A DNA stretch of 64,000 nucleotides from Candidatus Aenigmatarchaeota archaeon (lineage in GTDB: Archaea; Aenigmatarchaeota; Aenigmatarchaeia; CG10238-14; SpSt-28), in contig JAWAZZ010000001.1 in the NCBI GenBank assembly GCA_038997305.1, forward strand, positions 44,159 to 108,158, given 5' to 3'. How positions within the stretch are numbered: the stretch's first letter is position 1; the number at the start of each line of letters is the position of its first letter. Shown here one piece after another: positions 47,157-56,843 of this stretch. Position numbers and translations under genes: made by a program. The notes beneath the pieces were generated by a model. It worked only from the letters and a program-made list of their open reading frames with translations, was not told the DNA's origin and searched no databases.

Positions 47157-47953
47157 AACTTAATACTGAGCCATTAAAATTAGAATATAAAAACAAAAAA
47201 CTTTTTTTAAATGATATCGAACTTAGGCCAAGTGTAAGAACATTAAAGGAAATGAAAAAAGTTTTGTTAGACGAAAACTTTGTTAATGAATTTAATGAAA
47301 ATGAGATAACTTACTTAATGTTTAGAGACTTAAAAAGAGAAGAAGATAGAAAACTTTTCGAAGAAAAAAGATTAAGATATGATATTACAATAATCTTTTC
47401 AAAACTTTTAGGAAAAGAATTTAATAAGACATTTGGACATATACATCCTATTGTTGAAAGCAATTTAACTTATCCAGAAGTTTACGAAATTTTGAAAGGG
47501 AAAGCACTATTTATTTTGCAAGAATTTGAAAGTGAAAAAGTTAAAAAAGTTCTTTTAGTTTTTGCCAAGAAAGGAGAGAAAATTTTGATTCCTCCAAATT
47601 TTGGGCATGTAACTATAAACATAGGTAAAAGAGATTTGATTCTTTCAAACTTAGTTAGCAACAAATTTCATTCTAATTATGAAATATATGAAAAAAAGAG
47701 AGGTGCGGCAATTTATGTGGTTTCTGATGAACAGATTTATCCTTATGACAACGTTTTATCATCTTTATTATTGCCAATTAAAATGCCAATAAGGATATTT
47801 AAGAATCCTAATTATTCTGAAAATTTCGAAATAGAAGTTATAAAGCCAAAAAATCTTTTCGATTTTCCGAAAGAAAATCTTTACAAATCTTTTATAGAAA
47901 GTCCAGATTTTTACAATTTTCTCAATAAACCGTCTTTAATATGGCAAAAGTAA
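47153..47953 (+). CDS. cupin-type glucose-6-phosphate isomerase (archaeal cPGI) candidate
   Basis: FGHIHPIVESNLTYPEVYEILKG and ILIPPNFGHVTINIG match the two cupin metal-binding motifs of Pyrococcus-type PGI. Confidence 0.5.
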   Translation: MKLNTEPLKLEYKNKKLFLNDIELRPSVRTLKEMKKVLLDENFVNEFNENEITYLMFRDLKREEDRKLFEEKRLRYDITIIFSKLLGKEFNKTFGHIHPIVESNLTYPEVYEILKGKALFILQEFESEKVKKVLLVFAKKGEKILIPPNFGHVTINIGKRDLILSNLVSNKFHSNYEIYEKKRGAAIYVVSDEQIYPYDNVLSSLLLPIKMPIRIFKNPNYSENFEIEVIKPKNLFDFPKENLYKSFIESPDFYNFLNKPSLIWQK

Positions 47954-49371
47954 AAAAAGAAGTTCCTGAGCCAATAAGCTTGAAAAAATTCTTTTTTGGC
48001 CCAACTATAATACTTTTTGGTTTGGGATTAGGTGCTGGAGAATTAATTTTATGGCCACAAATAGCGGCAAATTATGGATTAATTTTTGTTTGGTTAGCAT
48101 TTTTTAGTTTATTGGTTCAAACTCTTTGGACTATAGAAATGGCAAAGATTAGTTTAGTTACTGGAGAACATTTTGTACTTTATATGACCAGAATTTTCGG
48201 ATTGATAAATTCTTTAATAGTTTTTGGAATATTTACTATACTAGCTGCTGGAGTACCTTCTTGGGCTATTAATAGTGCAGAAAGTTTATTAAGATTGTAC
48301 GATTTTTCACTAGATTATAAAACAGCTTTATTTATTTGGTCTTTAATTTCTTTTGGAATAATTATACTTGCTTTGACATTTGCAGATAAAATTTCTTCAT
48401 TTTTCGAAAGATTTTTTAAAATACTAACTTTGATAAGTTGGACATTTTTGATATTTTTAGTTATAAATCTCGAGTTGTATAAAAATATTGCTGAAGTTTT
48501 TATATCTTTATTCACAGATTTCGGAAGTTTAAGATTTGATATTTCTATGTATACGTTAGCTAGCGCAGTTGCATTTGTAGGTGCTGGAGGAATATTTAAT
48601 ATTTGGTATACATATTGGCTAAGAGATATTGGTTGGGGAATGGGAAAATATGTAGGAAGCATTAAAGGGATAAGAAAAAAACAGGAAAAAATTTTAATAG
48701 AGCCAATATTTCCAAAAGAAGATAGTGAAAACTTAGAAAGATTAAGTTTATGGATAAAGAATTTTAAAATAGGATTCTTTTCTATCTACTTCATTTTAAA
48801 CTTTTTAACTTTGACTATTTTCATATCTTTAGGTTATTTTTTATACGGTAGCAATTTAGAAATAAAGAGTGCACCTATTGCCATATCTAATTATATCTCT
48901 CAAAGATTAGGAGAAATATTCGGAATTATTTATTTATTTATTGTTGCTCTTCAACTTTTTTCAACACAATTTTCAATTACTGAAGGTTTAATAAGGCAAA
49001 TATCAGATAGTATATACATTTACTTTTTGAAATATAGAAAGAAGGAAATAAAAATAAACAAACTATATTTCGTTTTACTTCTAATTTTCAGCTTGTATGG
49101 TTTATTATGGATTTATATAACAAAAATTTCAGGGTATTTGAATCCAGACTTTTTAATTAAGTTATCTGCAAACATTGCTCTAATTTTTCAAACATTTTCT
49201 ATTCCCTTAGTACTATATTATAATTACGTTGTTGCAAGAAGATTTTTGAGTTTTAAGGTTTATCAACTTATAAAACCAAATTTAGTTGTTTTTATAATTC
49301 TTATGCTAGGATTTTTACTTTATCTTCTTCTTTCTATAATGGCTTGGAGTGAATTTTTCGCTAAAATGTAA
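47941..49371 (+). CDS. Nramp-like polytopic membrane transporter (divergent)
   Basis: FGPTIILFGLGLGAGE...AANYGLIFVWLAFFSLLVQTLWTIEMAKISLVTGEHF parallels the Nramp N-terminus (GPG...DPGN / AGA.YGY.LLW...Q...RLG.VTG). DPGN is replaced by GAGE. Confidence 0.4.
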   Translation: MAKVKKEVPEPISLKKFFFGPTIILFGLGLGAGELILWPQIAANYGLIFVWLAFFSLLVQTLWTIEMAKISLVTGEHFVLYMTRIFGLINSLIVFGIFTILAAGVPSWAINSAESLLRLYDFSLDYKTALFIWSLISFGIIILALTFADKISSFFERFFKILTLISWTFLIFLVINLELYKNIAEVFISLFTDFGSLRFDISMYTLASAVAFVGAGGIFNIWYTYWLRDIGWGMGKYVGSIKGIRKKQEKILIEPIFPKEDSENLERLSLWIKNFKIGFFSIYFILNFLTLTIFISLGYFLYGSNLEIKSAPIAISNYISQRLGEIFGIIYLFIVALQLFSTQFSITEGLIRQISDSIYIYFLKYRKKEIKINKLYFVLLLIFSLYGLLWIYITKISGYLNPDFLIKLSANIALIFQTFSIPLVLYYNYVVARRFLSFKVYQLIKPNLVVFIILMLGFLLYLLLSIMAWSEFFAKM

Positions 49372-50226
49372 AATAATGGGTATTGAAATTAATGTTAATA
49401 AAATAAAGATTGTAATATTACTAGGTATTTCTATTTTGAAAACTTTTAGTAGAGATTCGAATGCAAGGTAAAACATATATATACCCAAAAAAATTCTAAG
49501 TTTTTCAATTCTATTAGCAGCGTCTTCCAAAAGAAAGTATAATGGTTTTAAACCAATAACAGCTAAAAGAGTAACTGTTATGAGCGATAGTAAATCTGAA
49601 GTAATTACTAATATAGAGAATGTGTTATCAAGAGAAAATATAAAGTTTACTATTCCTAATAAAATAGAGAGGATTGCGATATGAGAGGTTGACAAATAAA
49701 TTATCGGTAATCTTTGATTGTCGTTTTGTGGAAGAGATTTTTTAAATTTTGATATAATCGATAAACATTTATTTATGAATGTTGTTTTTTCATTAATCAT
49801 TGAGTATCCAAATAAAACTAAAACCACTGAAATTATTAAATAAGAAAGATTGAGAAAAGTATTAACTAATATAACACCCAGGAAAATTAGAGCAATTCTG
49901 AAAAGCATTGATAAATAGAGACCAAAAGATAGAATTTTTAGTTTTTGTCTAATGTTTATTTTTGCTATTGAAAATATAAGAAGAAAAATTGATAAGTTGT
50001 TTATAGAAAATATTTTTTCTGTTAAATAAATTGCCATCAAAGTGTATAAATCATTAATTTTAAAACTTTCTGCCGCTAAGATTATGAATACTATGGAAGT
50101 AAATATCCATATAAAACTCCAAATTATTGCATTTTTGAATGTTATTATTCTTTCTTTTCTGCTATAAAGTATATCGATTGCTAATATTATCGAAAAGAAG
50201 ATTACCGAAAAAGTCACAAAATCCAT
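49315..50226 (-). CDS. polytopic membrane protein, function unknown
   Basis: 303 aa with about 8 hydrophobic helices. Confidence 0.4.
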   Translation of the reverse strand: MDFVTFSVIFFSIILAIDILYSRKERIITFKNAIIWSFIWIFTSIVFIILAAESFKINDLYTLMAIYLTEKIFSINNLSIFLLIFSIAKINIRQKLKILSFGLYLSMLFRIALIFLGVILVNTFLNLSYLIISVVLVLFGYSMINEKTTFINKCLSIISKFKKSLPQNDNQRLPIIYLSTSHIAILSILLGIVNFIFSLDNTFSILVITSDLLSLITVTLLAVIGLKPLYFLLEDAANRIEKLRIFLGIYMFYLAFESLLKVFKIEIPSNITIFILLTLISIPIILHFSEKFTPSHYRKKKIK

Positions 50227-50257
50227 AAGAATAATATTTATTATGCCCTTAATATAA

Positions 50258-50329
50258 GCGCCGGTAGTCTAGGGGCAGGACACTGGCTTCCCAAGCCAGT
50301 AGCCCGGGTTCAAATCCCGGCCGGCGCAA
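50258..50329 (+). tRNA. tRNA-Gly (anticodon CCC)
   Basis: GCGCCGG acceptor stem, anticodon loop uuCCCaa, T-arm GGGTTCAAATCCCGG, discriminator A. No intron and no encoded CCA. Confidence 0.85.
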
Positions 50330-50349
50330 TCAATTTAAATTTAAAAATA

Positions 50350-50598
50350 TTATACTTCAGAAGGAAAAGGAGGCACTTCTTCTTCCTCTAAAGTAGAGAG
50401 ATTTTCCTCTGGAGGTAATCCATTATTGGGCATTGATAGAGATTCAGATTCTCCTGCTTGAGTTGATACATTAATTAGTATTAAAATGAAAGTCAAAAGT
50501 ATTAAGAAAATTGCAACAAGCAAAATGATATTTATTTTCATTTCTCGTCTCAAATAATTTCTCCTTGCTTTTAGGATTCTTTCTTCTAAAGAATTCAT
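50350..50598 (-). CDS. small membrane protein
   Basis: One TM (IILLVAIFLILLTFILILI) and an acidic tail. Confidence 0.35.
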   Translation of the reverse strand: MNSLEERILKARRNYLRREMKINIILLVAIFLILLTFILILINVSTQAGESESLSMPNNGLPPEENLSTLEEEEVPPFPSEV

Positions 50599-50629
50599 AA
50601 ATATTTAATATTTAAGACAAATATATAGC

Positions 50630-50824
50630 TTATTCCTTTATCTCTATGGCACCAGTTGGACAAGCTTCTGCTGCTTCTTTTGCTTTTTCAACAAGTTTTT
50701 TATCGTTTGTCTCTGAAATTTTTGCAACAGAAAAACCGTCTTTATTAAATTCGAATATTTCTGGTGCTATTGCAACACAAGCACCACAACCAATGCATTT
50801 TTCGTTAACTCTTATTTTAACCAT
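50630..50824 (-). CDS. fdx: 4Fe-4S ferredoxin
   Basis: MVKIRVNEKCIGCGACVAIAP...ACPTGAIE. The track start is TTG, so I moved it to the ATG. Confidence 0.75.
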   Translation of the reverse strand: MVKIRVNEKCIGCGACVAIAPEIFEFNKDGFSVAKISETNDKKLVEKAKEAAEACPTGAIEIKE

Positions 50825-50870
50825 TATAAATACTAACCACAAAATATATTAATTTTAATTTACAAAATTT

Positions 50871-51260
50871 ATGGAAACGACAAGAAAAGCTATAAAAGAA
50901 TTAAAAGAAGGAGATTTAGTATTGATAGAAGGAGTTCCATGCAAAGTTGAAAGCGTTTCTACTAGCGTTACTGGTAAGCACGGTTCTGCAAAAACAAGAG
51001 TAGAAGCAATAGGATTGTTTGATGGTAGAAGAAGAAGCATTGTTCAACCAGCTGATGAAGATGTAGAAATACCGATAATAAAGAGGAAAAAAGCACAAGT
51101 TTTAGCTATTATAGGAGACAGAGTTCAATTAATGGATTTAGAAACTTACGAAAATTTTGAACTAGAAATTCCTGAGGAAAAAAGAGGAAAATTAAAAGAA
51201 GGAGAGGAAACTTGGTATTATGAGATAATGGGTATAAGGACATTAAAAGATTTGAAGTGA
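50871..51260 (+). CDS. eif5a: translation initiation factor 5A (aIF-5A)
   Basis: GDLVLIEGVPCKVESVSTSVTGKHGSAKTRVEAIGLFDG carries the hypusine-loop TGKHGSAK. Confidence 0.85.
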   Translation: METTRKAIKELKEGDLVLIEGVPCKVESVSTSVTGKHGSAKTRVEAIGLFDGRRRSIVQPADEDVEIPIIKRKKAQVLAIIGDRVQLMDLETYENFELEIPEEKRGKLKEGEETWYYEIMGIRTLKDLK

Positions 51261-52081
51261 GATTAGCAAGTTTTGCAGGAAGTTTTTATCCTTATGAAAA
51301 GGAAGAAATAATAGATTTTATTCAAAAAAATGAAAAAGATATATCTAAGCTTAAAGAAAAGATTGTTGCATCTATAGTTCCTCATGCTGGCTGGGTTTAT
51401 AGTGGAAAATGTGCTTTATATACGTATAAGAATTTAGAGAATTTCAATATCGAGAATATAATAATAATCTCTACAAATCATTCTTCTATAGGAAAAGTTA
51501 TATTATCATTAGAAGACGTTAAAACACCTTTAGGAAAGGTAAAAATAAACAAAAGTTTAGTAAAAAAGTTTTTAGAGTTAGAGTTTTCGGAAATAAATGA
51601 AGAAATTCATGCAGAAGAACATTCTATAGAAGTTCAATTACCTTTCTTGCAATATTATTTGAAAGATTTTTCAATCGTACCAATTTTGGTTAGTAATCTA
51701 AATGTTAGAGAAATTGAAGAACTGGTTAAAAAACTAAAGGAAGCTTATAGCAATAAAACATTCTTTTTATTCAGCGGAGATTTTATTCATCATGGAAAGA
51801 TTTATGGTTTCGAAATATTTAAAGAAAATAAAAAAGAAAATGTTAGAAATGCCGATATGAAGTTTATAGAATGTATATTGAACAAGGATTTGAGATCTTT
51901 CGTTTTATATGCCAAAAAATTCTATACTATTTGTGGATATTATTCATTTCAAGTTTTTATAGAATTTTCAAGAGAAATGAATTTAAAAAATAAACTTCTA
52001 TGCTACTATAATTCTGCAGATATAACTAATGATGAAGAGATTATTGTTGGTTATGCTTCAATAGCAGCTATCCAAAGTTAA
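51257..52081 (+). CDS. Memo1-family protein (AmmeMemoRadiSam system protein B)
   Basis: VPHAGWVYSGKCA motif. GTG start overlapping the aIF5A stop (GTGA). Confidence 0.7.
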   Translation: MRLASFAGSFYPYEKEEIIDFIQKNEKDISKLKEKIVASIVPHAGWVYSGKCALYTYKNLENFNIENIIIISTNHSSIGKVILSLEDVKTPLGKVKINKSLVKKFLELEFSEINEEIHAEEHSIEVQLPFLQYYLKDFSIVPILVSNLNVREIEELVKKLKEAYSNKTFFLFSGDFIHHGKIYGFEIFKENKKENVRNADMKFIECILNKDLRSFVLYAKKFYTICGYYSFQVFIEFSREMNLKNKLLCYYNSADITNDEEIIVGYASIAAIQS

Positions 52082-53165
52082 CTCTTACATATTTTTTGTT
52101 AGAAATTTCTGGAACAACTATTGGTAAAGATATTAAAGATTTGCACACTTTTCCTACTATTGGCAACTTATAATTACAAAAATTACATCTATTACTTTCG
52201 TCTAAATAAAATTCTAAAATTTCGAATCCATACCTTTTTATTATCAAATTTCCACAATTAGGGCAATAGGTATTTTCTAGTTCATGTCCCCAAACATTTC
52301 CAATATAAACATACTTTATTCCTTCCTCTTTTGCAATTTTTGCGTGTTCTTCTAAAATTTCTATTGGTGTAGATGGAAAGTCTTGCATTTTATACATGGG
52401 AAAGAATCTTAAAAAATGAATCATTGACTTTTCTCCTAAAACATCATAAATCTTTTTGCACAATTTTCTACAATCTTCTAAATTATCTCCAACCTTAGGA
52501 ATAACTAAATCAGTTATTTCTAGATGAATTTTTTTCTTACTTAGTTCTTCTAAAGTTTGAAATACTCTTTCGTATGAAGGTATTGAAATGAATTTTCTTC
52601 CAAATTCAGAATTTCCATTACCTTTAAAATCAATTGTTATTGCATCAGAAAACTTAGAAAAGAAGTCTATGGCTTCATCACTTAAATATCCGTTAGTTAT
52701 GAAAATTATTTTGAAATCTTCTTTTTTAGCTAATTTCGCAACATCGTAAATATATTCTGCATATATTGTTGGTTCATTATAAGTAAAGCAAATAGATGAT
52801 ATGTTTAACTTCTCTTTGTATTTTTTTGCAACTTCTAAAATCTCTTCTGGCATAAATTCAAAACCTTCTATCTTTCTTCTTTGAGAAATATCAAAATTGC
52901 AACAATATTTACAAGCCCAATTACATCCAAAGGTTCCCATGCTTAGTGCTACACTTCCAGGATAGAAATGAAAAAAAGGTTTTTTCTCTATAGGATCGAA
53001 ATTTAGAGCAGAAAGTAATCCATAGTTTGCAAGATATAACTTTCCATCCTTATTTATTCTTATACCACAAAATCCAATTTGATTTGGTAAGAGCTTGCAA
53101 TATCTTGCACAAGCAGTGCAAACAACTCTATCGTTTTCAACTCTATATAAAACTGCTTCTCTCAT
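52068..53165 (-). CDS. AmmeMemoRadiSam-system radical SAM enzyme
   Basis: N-terminal CTACARYCKL...FCGIRIN and radical SAM cluster CNWACKYC. About 365 aa. Convergent with the Memo gene and overlapping it by 14 nt. Confidence 0.75.
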   Translation of the reverse strand: MREAVLYRVENDRVVCTACARYCKLLPNQIGFCGIRINKDGKLYLANYGLLSALNFDPIEKKPFFHFYPGSVALSMGTFGCNWACKYCCNFDISQRRKIEGFEFMPEEILEVAKKYKEKLNISSICFTYNEPTIYAEYIYDVAKLAKKEDFKIIFITNGYLSDEAIDFFSKFSDAITIDFKGNGNSEFGRKFISIPSYERVFQTLEELSKKKIHLEITDLVIPKVGDNLEDCRKLCKKIYDVLGEKSMIHFLRFFPMYKMQDFPSTPIEILEEHAKIAKEEGIKYVYIGNVWGHELENTYCPNCGNLIIKRYGFEILEFYLDESNRCNFCNYKLPIVGKVCKSLISLPIVVPEISNKKYVRVNFG

Positions 53166-53195
53166 AATTTAAATTTTGTAGTTAGAAGTGATATT

Positions 53196-53438
53196 ATGAG
53201 AAGGAAAGAAAAAATAAGAGAAGTTATATTACCGAAATGGGTTTTTTGGATAAACTTGGCTATAATTCTTTTAATATTGGTGTTCATTTTGTATATTAAT
53301 TCCATTGTTCCTGAAGACGAAAAACTGGATTTAGTTGCATTAATTTTTATGGTGGTGTTATTTTTGATTATTATAATAATGCTTTATTTATCCGCTTATA
53401 GAGGATTGCCATTATACTACCTAAAAGAGAAAAAATAA
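53196..53438 (+). CDS. small membrane protein
   Basis: Two hydrophobic helices. Length 80 aa. Confidence 0.35.
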   Translation: MRRKEKIREVILPKWVFWINLAIILLILVFILYINSIVPEDEKLDLVALIFMVVLFLIIIIMLYLSAYRGLPLYYLKEKK

Positions 53439-53469
53439 AGATTTTTAAAGCCTAAAATAAAAGTATATC

Positions 53470-53973
53470 ATGGCAGTAGGACTTTTTGTTGCTAGGTTTC
53501 AACCTTTGCACAAAGGTCATGAAAGAGCTATAAAGAAGGCACTAAAGCTCTATGAAAAAGTAATAGTAGCGATAGGAAGTGCTGACAAAGCTAGGAGTGA
53601 AAATAATCCTTTTACAGCAGAAGAAAGAAAGCTGATGCTAGAAGCTGTTTTTTCAAAAGAAATAAATGATGGAAAGCTACAAATAATAACGATAGAAGAT
53701 AAAGGTAGTGATGAAGAATGGGCAAATGAGTTAATACAAAAGGCAAATTTCGATGAAGTATACACAGCAAGCGACTGGGTAGCAAAAAGTTTTGAAGGAA
53801 AAAAACCACTAAAAAAGTTCAAACCGTTTAAGTATGATACAATAAATGGAACAAATATAAGAAGATTAATGAAAGAGGGAAACGAAGAATGGAAAAAATA
53901 CGTAAACAAAAAGGTTATTGAAATAATTAACAGAATTGCTGTTAAGGAGTTCTTCAATAAACTTTCTCCTTAA
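53470..53973 (+). CDS. nadM: nicotinamide-nucleotide adenylyltransferase (archaeal NMNAT)
   Basis: GLFVARFQPLHKGHERAI...VIVAIGSA...NPFTAEER, the nucleotidyltransferase (H/T)xGH-type motif in archaeal NMNAT context. Confidence 0.8.
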   Translation: MAVGLFVARFQPLHKGHERAIKKALKLYEKVIVAIGSADKARSENNPFTAEERKLMLEAVFSKEINDGKLQIITIEDKGSDEEWANELIQKANFDEVYTASDWVAKSFEGKKPLKKFKPFKYDTINGTNIRRLMKEGNEEWKKYVNKKVIEIINRIAVKEFFNKLSP

Positions 53974-54008
53974 TTTTTAATTTTTTGAGTTTTTATTTCG
54001 AGAAATTT

Positions 54009-54083
54009 TAGCGGGGCCCGGATTTGAACCGGGGACCTCCGGGTTATGAGCCCGGCGGGCACTCCAGGCTGCCCTACCCCGCT
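54009..54083 (-). tRNA. initiator tRNA-Met (anticodon CAT)
   Basis: The reverse complement is AGCGGGGTAGGGCAGCCTGGAGTGCCCGCCGGGCTCATAACCCGGAGGTCCCCGGTTCAAATCCGGGCCCCGCTA. It shows an A1:U72 pair, three consecutive G:C pairs at the base of the anticodon stem, and A73. These are hallmarks of the archaeal initiator. Confidence 0.85.
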
Positions 54084-54141
54084 TTACTATATAATTTAAA
54101 AATATACAAAAATCAAAATAAATTATTCCTTCCAAATATTT

Positions 54142-55560
54142 ATGGAAGAAAAATATAGAGAAGTTATAAAAGAAGCATTAAAACTTTCAATTCCTTCTAA
54201 AGCAGAATATGAATACATGGAGGAAATAAAAGAAAAAGTTCTTAATATTGCTAATCAACATGCGAGAGTTTATAATGCTGAAGTTATGCTTTGTGGAAGC
54301 TTTGCAAAAAACACATGGCTACCAAAAAAATATGAGATGGATGTTTTTATTCTATTTTCTCCGAAAATAGATAGAGACAGATTAGAAGAGCTTGGATTAT
54401 TAATTGGGAGAAGAATTGCTGAAGACTTAAATGCTGAATACATTATAGAATACGCTGAACATCCATATGTAAGAATTAAATATAGAGAAGTTCAAATAGA
54501 TGTAGTTCCTGCATATAAGGTTGAAAAGGCTAGCGAAAGGATTAGTGCAGTAGACAGAACACCATTTCATACTGTTTATGTTAGGGAAAAAATAAAAAAT
54601 ATTCTTAATGATGAGGTTAGATTGTTAAAGAAATTCATGCTTGCAAATGAAATTTATGGCGCGGATGCAAAGGTTAATGGATTTAGCGGATATGTTTGTG
54701 AGTTGTTGATAATCCACTATGGAAGTTTTTTAAACGTTATAAAAGCAGCTGCAAATTGGAAACCTATAACAATAATAGATATAGAAAATTATTATTCAGA
54801 AAAAGAAAAGGAGTTTTTACCAAAAATTTTTAAAAACCAACCTTTAATAATAATAGATCCTGTAGATAAAGATAGAAATGCTGCAGCAGCCGTAAGTGTG
54901 GAAAATTATTTTAAATTTATAAATTTAGCAAGAAAATTTTTAGAAAATCCTTCGATTAACTTTTTCCAAACAAAAGAGTATGAAGCGGTAAAATATGAAG
55001 AATTAATAAAATATCAAATGGACAGAAGAACAGAACTAATAGTTTTAAGATTTTTTAGACCAAAAGTAGTTGATGATATTATTTATCCTCAAATGAGAAA
55101 ATTTGCAAATAGAGTTGAAAATATTTTGATAAAGTATAATTTTAGAGTTTTAAACAAAGATGTTTTTTGTAATGAAAGGTATTGCTATTTAGTTTTAGAA
55201 ATGGAAATTTCAAAGTTGCCAAAAATTGAAAAGAAAATAGGTCCAATATTTTTCGATTTAGAAAATACTAAAAGATTTTTGGAAAAATACAAAGATTACT
55301 TAACTTATGTAGAAAAAGATAGGTGGGTTGCAGAAGTTCCTAGAAAGTTTGTTAGAGCAATAGATAAAATTATTGATAGTTTAAGTAAAGATGAAAAAAC
55401 CTTAAGAGATAAAGGAATTCCGAGCTTTGTTGCTTCTTCAATATCAAAACATTTTGATATAACAAACGAAACTTCAAAAATAACGAGTTTTATAAGAGAA
55501 GATGAAAGTTTTGGAAAGTTTCTTAGAAAATTCATATTTAAAGAAAAGTTAGTATTATGA
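54142..55560 (+). CDS. cca: CCA-adding enzyme (archaeal class I tRNA nucleotidyltransferase)
   Basis: LCGSFAKNTWLPKKYEMDVF matches GS.A.GT.L....D.D.F. Length 472 aa. Confidence 0.85.
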   Translation: MEEKYREVIKEALKLSIPSKAEYEYMEEIKEKVLNIANQHARVYNAEVMLCGSFAKNTWLPKKYEMDVFILFSPKIDRDRLEELGLLIGRRIAEDLNAEYIIEYAEHPYVRIKYREVQIDVVPAYKVEKASERISAVDRTPFHTVYVREKIKNILNDEVRLLKKFMLANEIYGADAKVNGFSGYVCELLIIHYGSFLNVIKAAANWKPITIIDIENYYSEKEKEFLPKIFKNQPLIIIDPVDKDRNAAAAVSVENYFKFINLARKFLENPSINFFQTKEYEAVKYEELIKYQMDRRTELIVLRFFRPKVVDDIIYPQMRKFANRVENILIKYNFRVLNKDVFCNERYCYLVLEMEISKLPKIEKKIGPIFFDLENTKRFLEKYKDYLTYVEKDRWVAEVPRKFVRAIDKIIDSLSKDEKTLRDKGIPSFVASSISKHFDITNETSKITSFIREDESFGKFLRKFIFKEKLVL

Positions 55561-56303
55561 GGATAATAGCTGTAACAAGTGGAAAGGGTGGTGCTGGAAA
55601 AACTTTTTTTTCAGTAAATTTAGCTTATGCATTAGCAAAATTGAATAAAAGTGTAACATTAATAGATGCAAATTTCACAACTCCTAACACCGCATTACTA
55701 AGTGGATATTTAACATATTTTAATACTATTCACGATTTCTTAAGCGAAAAAGTTAATGATGCAAACAAAATAATTTTTAGAACTCCTTATGGTTTTAAGA
55801 TAGTTGCAGGTAGTATAGATTTAGATTCTATGATTAATGCAAGAATTGAAAACTTTAAAATGTTTTTAGAGAAGATAAAGGATGAATTTATAATTTTGGA
55901 TACTGCTGCAGGTATTGGAAGAGAAGCTTTGAGTTCTTTAATTAATTCTAATGAAATAATAATAGTTGTAAATCCAGAAATTTCGAGTATAATAGATGCT
56001 AAAAGAGTTTTGGATGTATGCAAAAGAATAGATAAAAAAATTGTTGCTATTGTAGCTAACAGAGTTAACAATAAAAAAGAGGTGGATAAAATTGAAGATT
56101 ATTTAAATAGGGAAGTTAATGTTATATTGCCTGAGGATAAAAGAGTTAGAATTTCTGTTGAAAAAAGAATTCCCTTTATAGAGCTTTATCCAAATTCTTT
56201 TATATCTTCTCAAATTTTAACCTTTGCAAGTTATTTGAGTGGAGAGTTAATAGAGTTCAAACCTAGCATTTTAGAAATGTTTAGATTTAGAGGCTTTCTA
56301 TGA
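55557..56303 (+). CDS. MinD/ParA-family P-loop ATPase
   Basis: Deviant Walker A IAVTSGKGGAGKT. Confidence 0.75.
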   Translation: MRIIAVTSGKGGAGKTFFSVNLAYALAKLNKSVTLIDANFTTPNTALLSGYLTYFNTIHDFLSEKVNDANKIIFRTPYGFKIVAGSIDLDSMINARIENFKMFLEKIKDEFIILDTAAGIGREALSSLINSNEIIIVVNPEISSIIDAKRVLDVCKRIDKKIVAIVANRVNNKKEVDKIEDYLNREVNVILPEDKRVRISVEKRIPFIELYPNSFISSQILTFASYLSGELIEFKPSILEMFRFRGFL

Positions 56304-56836
56304 ACGTTTTTGAGGCAATACAAAAGAGAAAAAGCATTAGGAAATATAAAAGGATTAAACCAGATTTAAAATATATACTTGCTTCTTTAGATCTTGCAAT
56401 ATTAGCTCCTTCAGCAGGAAATACTCAAGAGTGGAGATTTATTTTAGTTGAGGATGAAAAAATAAAAGAGAAACTTGCCGAATATGCATATAATCAAGAG
56501 TTTATCAAAGAAGCCCCCTATGTATTAGTTGTTTGTGCCGACGAGGATGAAATATATAATGCATATGGAAAAAGAGGAAAGGAGAGATATATGTATATGG
56601 ATTGTTCGTTTGCCGCAGCCAATTTTATTTTAAGTTTAACTGCATTAGGCTTGGCTAGTTGTATTGTTGCTGCTTTTGACGATAAAAAAGTTAGCGAACT
56701 ACTAAAGCTTCCTGAAAATATAAAACCAATATTTATAATTCCCATAGGATATGCAGACGAAGATCCAATAAGGCCAGAAAGAAAGCCTTTAGAAGCAATA
56801 TTGTTTTATAATGAATATGGAAAAAAACTTATATAA
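56300..56836 (+). CDS. nitroreductase-family protein
   Basis: AILAPSAGNTQEWRFILV. About 178 aa. Confidence 0.75.
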   Translation: MNVFEAIQKRKSIRKYKRIKPDLKYILASLDLAILAPSAGNTQEWRFILVEDEKIKEKLAEYAYNQEFIKEAPYVLVVCADEDEIYNAYGKRGKERYMYMDCSFAAANFILSLTALGLASCIVAAFDDKKVSELLKLPENIKPIFIIPIGYADEDPIRPERKPLEAILFYNEYGKKLI

Positions 56837-56843
56837 TTTTAAA

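Noticed and set aside
50258-54083. Integrated mobile element at a tRNA gene
   Set aside because: Neither tRNA is flanked by an integrase, a transposase, a direct repeat of the tRNA 3' end or a compositional shift. The neighbours are ordinary housekeeping genes.
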